DNA from: Octopus sinensis
Taxonomy: Eukaryota
Assembly (NCBI RefSeq): GCF_006345805.1
Contig: NW_021835135.1
Span: forward strand, 1-44,352
Length of the DNA: 44,352 nucleotides
Direction of reading: 5' to 3'
Part shown: one piece after another, positions 1-12,000 of the stretch
How positions within the stretch are numbered: position 1 is the stretch's first letter
Layout: the number at the start of each line of letters is the position of its first letter
Made by a program: the position numbers and the translations under genes
Notes under the pieces: model-generated
The model's database searches: none
Told to the model about the DNA's origin: nothing
What the model saw: the letters and a program-made list of their open reading frames with translations, nothing else

Positions 1-3000
1 GCAACGCTGGGCAAAAATGCTTAGCGGTATTTTGTCTGCCGCTACGTTCTACTAGTTCGAATTCCGTCGAGGTCGACTTTGCTTTTCAATCCTTTCAGGG
101 TTGATGAAATAAGGCGGCGAGCTGGCAGAAACGGTAGCACGCCGGGCAACATGCTTAGCGGTATTTTATCTGCCGCTACGTTCTAAGTTCTAATTCCTTC
201 GAGGTCGACTTTGCTTTTCATCCGTTCAGGGTTGATGAAATAAGGCGGCGAGCTGGCAGAACTGTAGCACGCCGGGCAAAATGCTGTAGCGCATTTTTGT
301 CTGCCGCTACGTCTAAGTTTCTAATTATCCGTCGAGGTCGACTTTGCTTTTCATCCTTTCAGGGTTGATGAAATAAGGCGGCGTGCGAGCTGGCAGAAAC
401 GTTAGCACGCTGGCAAAATGCTTAGCGGTATTTTGTCTGCCGCTACGTTCTAAGTTCTAATTCCGTCGAGGTCGACTTTGCTTTTCATCCTTTCAGGGTT
501 GATGAAATAAGCGGGCGAGCTGGCAGAAACGTTAGCACGCCGGGCAAAATGCTTAGCGGTATTTTGTCTTCCGCTACGTTCTAAGTTCTACTTCCGTGAG
601 TCGACTTTGCTTTGTCACATCCTTTAGGGTTGATGAAATAAGGCGGCGAGCTGGCAGAAACGTTAGCACGCCGGGCAAAATGCTTAGCGGTATTTTGTCT
701 GCCGCTACGTTCTAAGTTCTAATTCCGTCGAGGTCGACTTTGCTTTTCATCCTTTAAGGTTGATGAAATAAGGCGGCGAGCTGGCAGAAACGTTAGCACG
801 CCGGCGAATGCTTAGCGGTATTTTGTCTGCCGCTACGTTCTAAGTTCTAATTCCGTCGAGGTCGACTTTGCTTTTCATCCTTTAACGGGTTGATGAAATA
901 AGGCGGCGAGCTGGCAGAAACGTTAGCACGCCGGGCAAAATGCTTAGCGGTATTTTGTCTGCCGCTACGTTCTAATTCTAATTCCGTCGAGGTCGACATT
1001 GCTTTCTTTTCATCTTTTCAGGGTTGATGAAATAAGGCGGCGAGCTGGCAGAAACGGTAGCACGCCGGGCAAAATGCTTAGCGGTATTTTGTCTGCCGCT
1101 ACGTTCTAAGTTCTAATCCGTCGAGGTCGACTTTGCTTTTCATCCTTTCAGGGTTGATGAAATAAGGCGGCGAGCTGGCAGAAACGTTAGCACGCTGGGC
1201 AAAATGCTTACGGTATTTTGTCTGCCGCTACGTTCTAAGTTCTAATTCCGTCGAGGTCGACTTTGCTTTTCATCCTTTCAGGGTTGATGAAATAAGGCGG
1301 CGAGCTGGCAGAAACGTTAGCACGCCGGGCAAAATGCTTAGCGGTATTTTGTCTGCCGCTACGTTCTAAGTTCTAATTCCGTCGAGGTCGACTTTGCTTT
1401 TCATCCTTTCAGGGTTGATGAAATAAGGCGGCGAGCTGGCAGAAACGTTAGCACGCCGGGCAACATGCTTAGCGGTATTTTGTCTGCCGCGACGTTCTAA
1501 TTCTAATTCCGTCGAGGTCGACTTTGCTTTTCATCCTTTCAGGGTTGATGAAATAAGGCGGCGAGCTGGCAGAAACGTTAGCACGCCACGCCGGGCAAAA
1601 TGCTTAGCGGTATTTTGTCTGCCGCTACGTTCTAAGTTCTAATTCCGTCGAGGTCGACTTTGCTTTTCATCCTTTCAGGGTTGATGAAATAAGGCGGGCG
1701 AGCTGGCAGAAACGTTAGCACGCTGGGCAAAATGCTTAGCGGTATTTTGTCTGCCGCTACGTTCTAAGTTCTAATTCCGTCGAGGTCGACTTTGCTTTTC
1801 ATCCTTTCAGGGTTGATGAATAAGGCGGCGAGCTGGCAGAAACGTTAGCACGCCGGGCAAAATGCTTAGCGGTATTTTGTCTGCCGCTACGTTCTAAGTT
1901 CTAATTCCGTCGAGGTCGACTTTGCTTTTCAATCCTTTCAGGGTTGATGAAATAAGGCGGCGAGCTGGCAGAAACGTTAGCACGCTGGCAAAATGCTTAG
2001 CGGTATTTTGTCTGCCGCTACGTTCTAAGTTCTAATTCCGTCGAGGTCGACTTTGCTTTTCATCCTTTCAGGGTTGATGAAATAAGGCGGCGAGCTGGCA
2101 GAAACGTTAGCACGCCGGGCAAAATGCTTAGCGGTATTTTGTCTGCCGCTACGTTCTAAGTTCTAATTCCGTCGAGGTCGACTTTGCTTTTCATCCTTTC
2201 AGGGTTGATGAAATAAGGCGGCGAGCTGGCAGAAACGTTAGCACGCTGGGCAAAATGCTTAGCGGTATTTTGTCTGCCGCTACGTTCTAAGTTCTAATTC
2301 CGTCGAGGTCGACTTTGCTTTTCATCCTTTCAGGTTGATGAAATAAGGCGGCGAGCTGGCAGAAACGTTAGCACGCTGGGCAAAATGCTTAGCGGTATTT
2401 TGTCTGCCGCTACGTTCTAAGTTCTAATTCCGTCGAGGTCGACTTTGCTTTTCATCCTTTCAGGGTTGATGAAATAAGGCGGCGAGCTGGCAGAAACGTT
2501 AGCACGCCGGGCAAAATGCTTAGCGGTATTTTGTCTGCCGCTACGTTCTAAGTTCTAATTCCGTCGAGGTCGACTTTGCTTTTCATCCTTTCAGGGTTGA
2601 TGAAATAAGGCGGCGAGCTGGCAGAAACGTTAGCACGCCGGGCAAAATGCTTAGCGGTATTTTGTCTGCCGCTACGTTCTAAGTTCTAATTCCGTCGAGG
2701 TCGACTTTGCTTTTCATCCTTTCAGGGTTGATGAAATAAGGCGGCGAGCTGGCAGAAACGTTAGCACGCTGGGCAAAATACTTAGCGGTATTTTGTCTGC
2801 CGCTACGTTCTAAGTTCTAATTCCGTCGAGGTCGACTTTGCTTTTCATCCTTTAAGGGTTGATGAAATAAGGCGGCGAGCTGGCAGAAACGTTAGCACGC
2901 CGGGCAAAATGCTTAGCGGTAATTTGTCTGCCGCTACGTTCTAAGTTCTAATTCCGTCGAGGTCGACTTTGCTTTTCATCCTTTCAGGGTTGATGAAATA

Positions 3001-6000
3001 TGGCGGCGAGCTGGCAGAAACGGTAGCACGCCGGAAAAAATGCTTAGCGGTATTTTGTCTGCCGCTACGTTCTAAGTTCTAATTCCGTCGAGGTCGACTT
3101 TGCTTTTCATCCTTTCAGGGTTGATGAAATAAGGCGGCGAGCTGGCAGAAACGGTAGCACGCCGGGCAAAATGCTTAGCGGTATTTTGTCTGCCGCTACG
3201 TTCTAAGTTCTAATTCCGTCGAGGTCGACTTTGCTTTTCATCCTTTCAGGGTTGATGAAATAAGGCGGCGAGCTGGCAGAAACGTTAGCACGCGGGCAAA
3301 ATGCTTAGCGGTATTTTGTCTGCCGCTACGTTCTAAGTTCTAATTCCGTCGAGGTCGACTTTGCTTTTCATCCTTTAAGGGTTGATGAAATAAGGCGGCG
3401 AGCTGGCAGAAACGTTAGCACGCTGGGCAAAATGCTTAGCGGTATTTTGTCTGCCGCTACGTTCTAAGTTCTAATTCCGTCGAGGTCGACTTTGCTTTTC
3501 ATCCTTTAAGGGTTGATGAAATAAGGCGGCGAGCTGGCAGAAACGTTAGCACGCCGGGCAAAATGCTTAGCGGTATTTTGTCTGCCGCTACGTTCTAAGT
3601 TCTAATTCCGTCGAGGTCGACTTTGCTTTTCATCCTTTAAGGGTTGATGAAATAAGGCGGCGAGCTGGCAGAAACGTTAGCACGCTGGGCAAAATGCTTA
3701 GCGGTATTTTGTCTGCCGCTACGTTCTAAGTTCTAATTCCGTCGAGGTCGACATTGCTTTTCATCCTTTAAGGGTTGATGAAATAAGGCGGCGAGCTGGC
3801 AGAAACGTTAGCACGCTGGGCAAAATGCTTAGCGGTATTTTGTCTGCCGCTACGTTCTAAGTTCTAATTCCGTCGAGGTCGACTTTGCTTTTCATCCTTT
3901 CAGGGTTGATGAAATAAGGCGGCGAGCTGGCAGAAACGGTAGCACGCCGGGCAAAATGCTTAGCGGTATTTTATCTGCCGCTACGTTCTAAGTTCTAATT
4001 CCTTCGAGGTCGACTTTGCTTTTCATCCTTTCAGGGTTGATGAAATAAGGCGGCGAGCTGGCAGAAACGTTAGCACGCCGGGCAAAATGCTTAGCGGCAT
4101 TTTGTCTGCCGCTACGTTCTAAGTTCTAATTCCGTCGAGGTCGACTTTGCTTTTCATCCTTTCAGGGTTGATGAAATAAGGCGGCGAGCTGGCAGAAACG
4201 TTAGCACGCTGGGCAAAATGCTTAGCGGTATTTTGTCTGCCGCTACGTTCTAAGTTCTAATTCCGTCGAGGTCGACTTTGCTTTTCATCCTTTCAGGGTT
4301 GATGAAATAAGGCGGCGAGCTGGCAGAAACGTTAGCACGCCGGGCAAAATGCTTAGCGGTATTTTGTCTGCCGCTACGTTCTAAGTTCTAATTCCGTCGA
4401 GGTCGACTTTGCTTTTCATCCTTTAAGGGTTGATGAAATAAGGCGGCGAGCTGGCAGAAACGTTAGCACGCGCGGGCAAAATGCTTAGCGGTATTTTGTC
4501 TGCCGCTACGTTCTAAGTTCTAATTCCGTCGAGGTCGACTTTGCTTTTCATCCTTTAAGGGTTGATGAAATAAGGCGGCGAGCTGGCAGAAACGTTAGCA
4601 CGCCGGGCGAAATGCTTAGCGGTATTTTGTCTGCCGCTACGTTCTAAGTTCTAATTCCGTCGAGGTCGACTTTGCTTTTCATCCTTTACGGGTTGATGAA
4701 ATAAGGCGGCGAGCTGGCAGAAACGTTAGCACGCCGGGCAAAATGCTTAGCGGTATTTTGTCTGCCGCTACGTTCTAAATTCTAATTCCGTCGAGGTCGA
4801 CATTGCTTTTCATCCTTTCAGGGTTGATGAAATAAGGCGGCGAGCTGGCAGAAACGGTAGCACGCCGGGCAAAATGCTTAGCGGTATTTTGTCTGCCGCT
4901 ACGTTCTAAGTTCTAATTCCGTCGAGGTCGACTTTGCTTTTCATCCTTTCAGGGTTGATGAAATAAGGCGGCGAGCTGGCAGAAACGTTAGCACGCTGGG
5001 CAAAATGCTTAGCGGTATTTTTTCTGCCGCTACGTTCTAAGTTCTAATTCCGTCGAGGTCGACTTTGCTTTTCATCCTTTAAGGGTTGATGAAATAAGGC
5101 GGCGAGCTGGCAGAAACGTTAGCACGCCGGGCAAAATGCTTAGCGGTATTTTGTCTGCCGCTACGTTCTAAGTTCTAATTCCGTCGAGGTCGACTTTGCT
5201 TTTCATCCTTTAAGGGTTGATGAAATAAGGCGGCGAGCTGGCAGAAACGTTAGCACGCCGGGCAAAATGCTTCAGCGGTATTTTGTCTGCCGCTACGTTC
5301 TAAGTTCTAATTCCGTCGAGGTCGACTTTGCTTTTCATCCTTTCAGGGTTGATGAAATAAGGCGGCGAGCTGGCAGAAACGTTAGCACGCCGGGCAAATT
5401 GCTTAGCGGTATTTTGTCTGCCGCCACGTTCTAAGTTCTAATTCCGTCGAGGTCGACTTTGCTTTTCATCCTTTAAGGGTTGATAAAATAAGGCGGCGAG
5501 CTGGCAGAAACGTTAGCACGCTGGCAAAATGCTTAGCGGTATTTTGTCTGCCGTACGTTCTAAGTTCTAATTCCTCGAGGTCGACTTTGCTTTTCATCCT
5601 TTAAGGGTTGATGAAATAAGGCGGCGAGCTGCAGAAACGTTAGCACGCCCGGAAAAATGCTTAACAGTTTGTCTTGTCTGCCGCTACGTTCTAAGTTCTA
5701 ATTCCGTCGAGGTCTCGACTTTGCTTTTCATCCTTTCAGGATTGATGAAATAAGGCGGCGAGCTGGCAGAAACGTTAGCCAGGCCGGGCGAAATGCTTAG
5801 TGGTATTTTGTCTGCCGCTACGTTCTAAGTTCTTAATTCCGTCGAGGTCGACTTTGCTTTTCATCCTTTCAGGGTTGATGAAATAAGGCGGCGAGCTGGC
5901 AGAAACGTTAGCACGCCGGGCAAAATGCTTAGCGGTATTTTGTCTGCCGCTACTTTCTAAGTTCTAATTCCGTCGATGTCGACTTTGCTTTTCATCCTTT

Positions 6001-9000
6001 CAGGATGATGAAATAAGGCGGCGAGCTGGCAGAAACGTTAGCACGCCGGGCAAAATGCTTAGCGGCATTTTGTCTGCCGCTACGTTCTAAGTTCTAATTC
6101 CGTCGAGGTCGACTTTGCTTTTCATCCTTTCAGATTGATGAAATTAGGCGGCGAGCTGGCAAAGAAAGACGTAGCACGCCGGGCGAAATGCTTAGCGGTA
6201 TTTTGTCTGCCGCTACGTTCTAAGTTCTAATTCCGTCGAGGTCGACTTTGCTTTTCATCCTTTCAGGGTTGATGAAATAAGGCGGCGGCGAGCTGGCAGA
6301 AACTTTAGCACGCCAGGCAAAATGCTTAGCGGTATTTTGTCTGCCGCTACGTTCTAAGTTCTAATTCCGTCGAGGTCGACTTTGCTTTTCATCCTTTTAG
6401 GGTTGATGAAATAAGGCGGCGAGCTGGCAGAAACGTTAGCACGCCGGGCGAAATGCTTAGCGGTATTTTGTCTGCCGCTACGTTCTAAGTTCTAATTCCG
6501 TCGAGGTCGAATTTCCTTTTCATCCTTTAAGTGTTAATGAAATAAGGCGTCGAGCTGGCAGAAACGTTAGCACGCCGGGCGAAATGCTTAGCGGTATTTT
6601 GTCTGCCGCTACGTTCTAAGTTCTAATTCCGTCGAGGTCGACTTTGCTTTTCATCCTTTCAGGGTTGATGAAATAAGGCGGCGAGCTGGCAGAAACGTTA
6701 GCACGCCGGGCAAAATGCTTAGCGGTATTTTGTCTGCCGCTACGTTCTAAGTTCTAATTCCGTCGAGGTCGACATTGCTTTCATCCTTTAAGGGTTGATG
6801 AAATAAGGCGGCGAGCTGGCAGAAACGTTAGCACGATGGGCAAAATGCTTAGCGGTATTTTGTCTGCCGCTACGTTCTAAGTTCTAATTCCGTCGAGGTC
6901 GACTTGCTTTTCATCCTTTCAGGGTGATGAAATAAGGCGGCGAGCTGGCAGAAACGGTAGCACGCCGGGCAAAATGCTTAGCGGTATTTTGTCTGCCGCT
7001 ACGTTCTAAGTTCTAATTCCGTCGAGGTCGACTTTGCTTTTCATCCTTTTAGGGTTGATGAAATAAGGCGGCGAGTGGCAGAAACGTTAGCACGATGGCA
7101 AAATGCTTAGCGGTATTTTGTCTGCCGCTAGGTTCTAAGTTCTAATTCCGTCGAGGTCGACTTTGCTTTCATCCTTTAAGGGTTGATGAAATAAGGCGGC
7201 GAGCTGGCAGAGAAACGTTAGCACGCCGGGCAAAATGCTTAGCGGTATTTTGTCTGCCGCTACGTTCTAAGGTCTAATTCCGTCGAGGTCGACTTTGCTT
7301 TTCATCCTTTAAGGGTTGATGAAATAAGGCGGCGAGCTGGCAGAAACGTTAGCACGCTGGGCAAAATGCTTAGCGGTATTTTGTCTGCCGCTACGTTCTA
7401 AGTTCTAATTCCGTCGAGGTCGACTTTGCTTTTCATCCTTAAGGGTTGATGAAATAAGGCGGCGAGCTGGCAGAAACGTTAGCACGCCGGAAAAATGCTT
7501 AGCAGTATTTTGTCTGCCGCTACGTTCTAAGTTCTAATTCCGTCGAGGTCGACTTTGCTTTTCATCCTTTCAGGATTGATGAAATAAGGCGGCGAGCTGG
7601 CAGAAACGTTAGCAGGCCGGGCGAAATGCTTAGCGGTATTTTGTCTGCCGCTACGTTCTAAGTTCTAATTCCGTCGAGGTCGACTTTGCTTTTCATCCTT
7701 TCAGGGTTGATGAAATAAGGCGGCGAGCTGGCAGAAACGTTAGCACGCCGGGCAAAATGCTTAGCGGTATTTTGTCTGCCGCTACTTTCTAAGTTCTAAT
7801 TCCGTCGATGTCGACTTTGCTTTTCATCCTTTCAGGATGGATGAAATAAGGCGGCGAGCTGGCAGAAACGTTAGCACGCCGGAAAAATGCTTAGCAGTAT
7901 TTTGTCTGCCGCTACGTCTAAGTTCTAATTCCGTCGAGGTCGACTTTGCTTTTCATCCTTTCAGGATTGATGAAATAAGGCGGCGAGCTGGCAGAAACGT
8001 TAGCAGGCCGGGCGAAATGCTTAGCGGTATTTTGTCTGCCGCTAACGTTCTAAGTCTAATTCCGTCGAGGTCGACTTGCTTTTCATCCTTTCAGGTTGAT
8101 GAAATAAGGCGGCGAGCTGGCAGAAACGTTAGCACGCCGGGCGAAATGCTTAGCGGTATTTTGTCTGCCGCTACGTTCTAAGTTCTAATTCCGTCGAGGT
8201 CGACTTTGCTTTTCATCCTTTCAGGGTTGATGAAATAAGGCGGCGAGCTGGCAGAAACGTTAGCACGCCGGCGAAATGCTTAGCGGTAATTTTGTCTGCC
8301 GCTACGTTCTAAGTTCTAATTCCGTCGAGGTCGACTTTGCTTTTCATCCTTTGAGGGTTGATGAAATAAGGCGGCGAGCTGGCAGAAACGTTAGCACGCC
8401 GGGCGAAATGCTTAGCGGTATTTTGTCTGCCGCTACGTTCTAAGTTCTAATTCCGTCGAGGTCGACTTTGCTTTTCATCCTTTAAGGGTTGATGAAATAA
8501 GGCGGCGCCTGGCAGAAACTTAGCACGGCACGCCGGCGAAATGCTTAGCGGTATTTTGTCTGCCGCTACGTTCTAAGTTCTAATTCCGTCGAGGTCGACT
8601 TTGCTTTTCATCCTTCAGGGTTGATGAAATAAGGCGGCGAGCTGGCAGAAACGTTAGCACGCCGGGCGAAATGCTTAGCGGTATTTTGTCTGCCGCTACG
8701 TTCTAAGTTCTAATTCCGTCGAGGTCGACTTTGCTTTTCATCCTTTCAGGGTTGATGAAATAAGGCGGCGAGCTGGCAGAAACGTTAGCACGCCGGGCGA
8801 AATGCTTAGCGGTATTTTGTCTGCCGCTACGTTCTAAGTTCTAATCCGTCGAGGTCGACTTTGCTTTTCATCCTTTCAGGGTTGATGAAATAAGGCGGCG
8901 AGCTGGCAGAAACGTTAGCACGCCGGGCGAAATGCTTAGCGGTATTTTGTCTGCCGCTACGTTCTAAGTTCTAATAATTCCGTCGAGGTCGACTTTGCTT

Positions 9001-12000
9001 TTCATCCTTTCAGGGTTGATGAAATAAGGCGGCGAGCTGGCAGAAACGATAGCACGCCGGGCAAAATGCTTAGCGGTATTTTGTCTGCCGCTACGTTCTA
9101 AGTTCTAATTCCGTCGAGGTCGACTTTGCTTTTCATCCTTTAAGGGTTGATGAAATAAGGCGGCGAGCTGGCAGAAACGTTAGCACGCCGGGCGAAATGC
9201 TTAGCGGTATTTTGTCTGCCGCTACGTTCTAAGTTCTAATTCCGTCGAGGTCGACTTTGCTTTTCATCCTTTAAGGGTTGATGAAATAAGGCGGCGAGCT
9301 GGCAGAAACGTTAGCACGCCGGGCAAAATGCTTAGCGGTATTTTGTCTGCCGCTACGTTCTAAGTTCTAATTCCGTCGAAGTCGACTTTGCTTTTCATCC
9401 TTTAAGGGTTGATGAAATAATGCGGCGAGCTGGCAGAAACGTTAGCACGCCGGGAAAAATGCTTAGCAGTATTTTGTCTGCCGCTACGTTCTAAGTTCTA
9501 ATTCCGTCGAGGTCGACTTTGCTTTTCATCCTTTCAGGATTGATGAAATAAGGCGGCGAGCTGGCAGAAACGTTAGCAGGCCGGGCGAAATGCTTAGCGG
9601 TATTTTGTCTGCCGCTACGTTCTAAGTTCTAATTCCGTCGAGGTCGACATTGCTTTTCATCCTTTCAGGGTTGATGAAATAAGGCGGCGAGCTGGCAGAA
9701 ACGTTAGCACGCCGGGCGAAATGCTTAGCGCGGTATTTTGTCTGCCGCTACGTTCTAAGTTCTAATTCCGTCGAGGTCGACTTTGCTTTTCATCCTTTCA
9801 GGGTTGATGAAATAAGGCGGCGAGCTGGCAGAAACGTTAGCACGCCGGGCGAAATGCTTAGCGGTATTTTGTCTGCCGCTACGTTCTAAGTTCTAATTCC
9901 GTCGAGGTCGACTTTGCTTTTCATCCTTTCAGGTTGATGAAATAAGGCGGCGAGCTGGCAGAAACGTTAGCACGCCGGGCGAAATGCTTAGCGGTATTTT
10001 GTCTGCCGCTACGTTCTAAGTTCTAATTCCGTCGAGGTCGACTTTGCTTTTCATCCTTTAAGGGTTGATGAAATAAGGCGGCGACCTGGCAGAACGTTAG
10101 CGTTAGCACGCCGGGCGAAATGCTTAGCGGTATTTTGTCTGCCGCTACGTTCTAAGTTCTAATTCCGTCGAGGTCGACTTTGCTTTTCATCCTTTCAGGG
10201 TTGATGAAATAAGGCGGCGAGCTGGCAGAAACGTTAGCACGCCGGCGAAATGCTTAGCGGTATTTTGTCTGCCGCTACGTTCTAAGTTCTAATTCCGTCG
10301 AGGTCGACTTTGCTTTTCATCCTTTCAGGGTTGATGAAATAAGGCGGCGAGCTGGCAGAACACGTTAGCACGCCGGGCGAAATGCTTAGCGGTATTTTGT
10401 CTGCCGCTACGTCTAAAGTTCTAATTCCGTCGAGGTCGACTTTGCTTTTCATCCTTTCAGGGTTGATGAAATAAGGCGGCGAGCTGGCAGAAACGATAGC
10501 ACGCCGGGCAAAATGCTTAGCGGTATTTTGTCTGCCGCTACGTTCTAAGTTCTAATTCCGTCGAGGTCGACTTTGCTTTTCATCCTTTAAGGGTTGATGA
10601 AATAAGGCGGCGAGCTGGCAGAAACGTTAGCACGCCGGGCGAAATGCTTAGCGGTATTTTGTCTGCCGCTACGTTCTAAGCTCTAATTCCGTCGAGGTCG
10701 ACTTTGCTTTTCATCCTTTAAGGGTTGATGAAATAAGGCGGCGAGCTGGCAGAAACGTTAGCACGCCGGGCGAAATGCTTAGCGGTATTTTGTCTGCCGC
10801 TACGTTCTAAGCTCTAATTCCGTCGAGGTCGACTTTGCTTTTCATCCTTTCAGGGTTGATGAAATAAGGCGGCGAGCTGGCAGAAACGTTAGCACGCCGG
10901 GCGAAATGCTTAGCGGTATTTTGTCTGCCGCTACGTTCTAAGTTCTAATTCCGTCGAGGTCGACTTTGCTTTTCATCCTTTCAGGGTTGATGAAATAAGG
11001 CGGCGAGCTGGCAGAAACGTTAGCACGCCGGGCAAAATGCTTAGCGGTATTTTGTCTGCCGCTACTTTCTAAGTTCTAATTCCGTCGAGGTCGACTTTGC
11101 TTTTCATCCTTTAACGGTTGATGAAATAAGGCGGCGAGCTGGCAGAAACGTTAGCACGCCGGGCGAAATGCTTAGCGGTATTTTGTCTGCCGCTACGTTC
11201 TAAGTTCTAATTCCGTCGAGGTCGACTTTGCTTTTCATCCTTTCAGGGTTGATGAAATAAGGCGGCGAGCGAGCTGGCAGAGAAACGTTAGCACGCCGGG
11301 CGAAATGCTTAGCGGTATTTTGTCTGCGCTACGTTCTAAGTTCTAATTCCGCCGAGGTCGACTTTGCTTTTCATCCTTGAGGGTTGATGAAATAAGGCGG
11401 CGAGCTGGCAGAAACGTTAGCACGCCGGGCGAAATGCTTAGCGGTATTTTGTCTGCCGCTACGTTCTAAGTTCTAATTCCGTCGAGGTCGACTTTGCTTT
11501 TCATCCTTTAAGGGTTGATGAAATAATGCGGCGAGCTGGCAGAAACGTTAGCACGCCGGGCGAAATGCTTAGCGGTATTTTGTCTGCCGCTACGTTCTAA
11601 GTTCTAATTCCGTCGAGGTCGACTTTGCTTTTCATCTTTCAGGGTTGATGAAATAAGGCGGCGAGCTGGCAGAAACGTTAGCACGCCGGGCGAAATGCTT
11701 AGCGGTATTTTGTCTGCGCTACGTTCTAAGTTCTAATTCCGTCGAGGTCGACTTTGCTTTTCATCCTTTCAGGGTTGATGAAATAAGGCGGCGAGCTGGC
11801 AGAAGAAACGTTAGCACGCCGGGCAAAATGCTTAGCGGTATTTTGTCTGCCGCTACGTTCTAAGTTCTAATTCCGTCGAGGTCGACTTTGCTTTTCATCC
11901 TTTCAGGGTTGATGAAATAAGGCGGCGAGCTGGCAGAAACGTTAGCACGCCGGGAAAAATGCTTAGCGGTATTTTGTCTGCCGCTACGTTCTAAGTTCTA

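Noticed and set aside
7837-8181. 114-aa repetitive ORF
   Set aside because: Chance open frame created by indels in the satellite; 131 is not a multiple of 3 and units contain stops.
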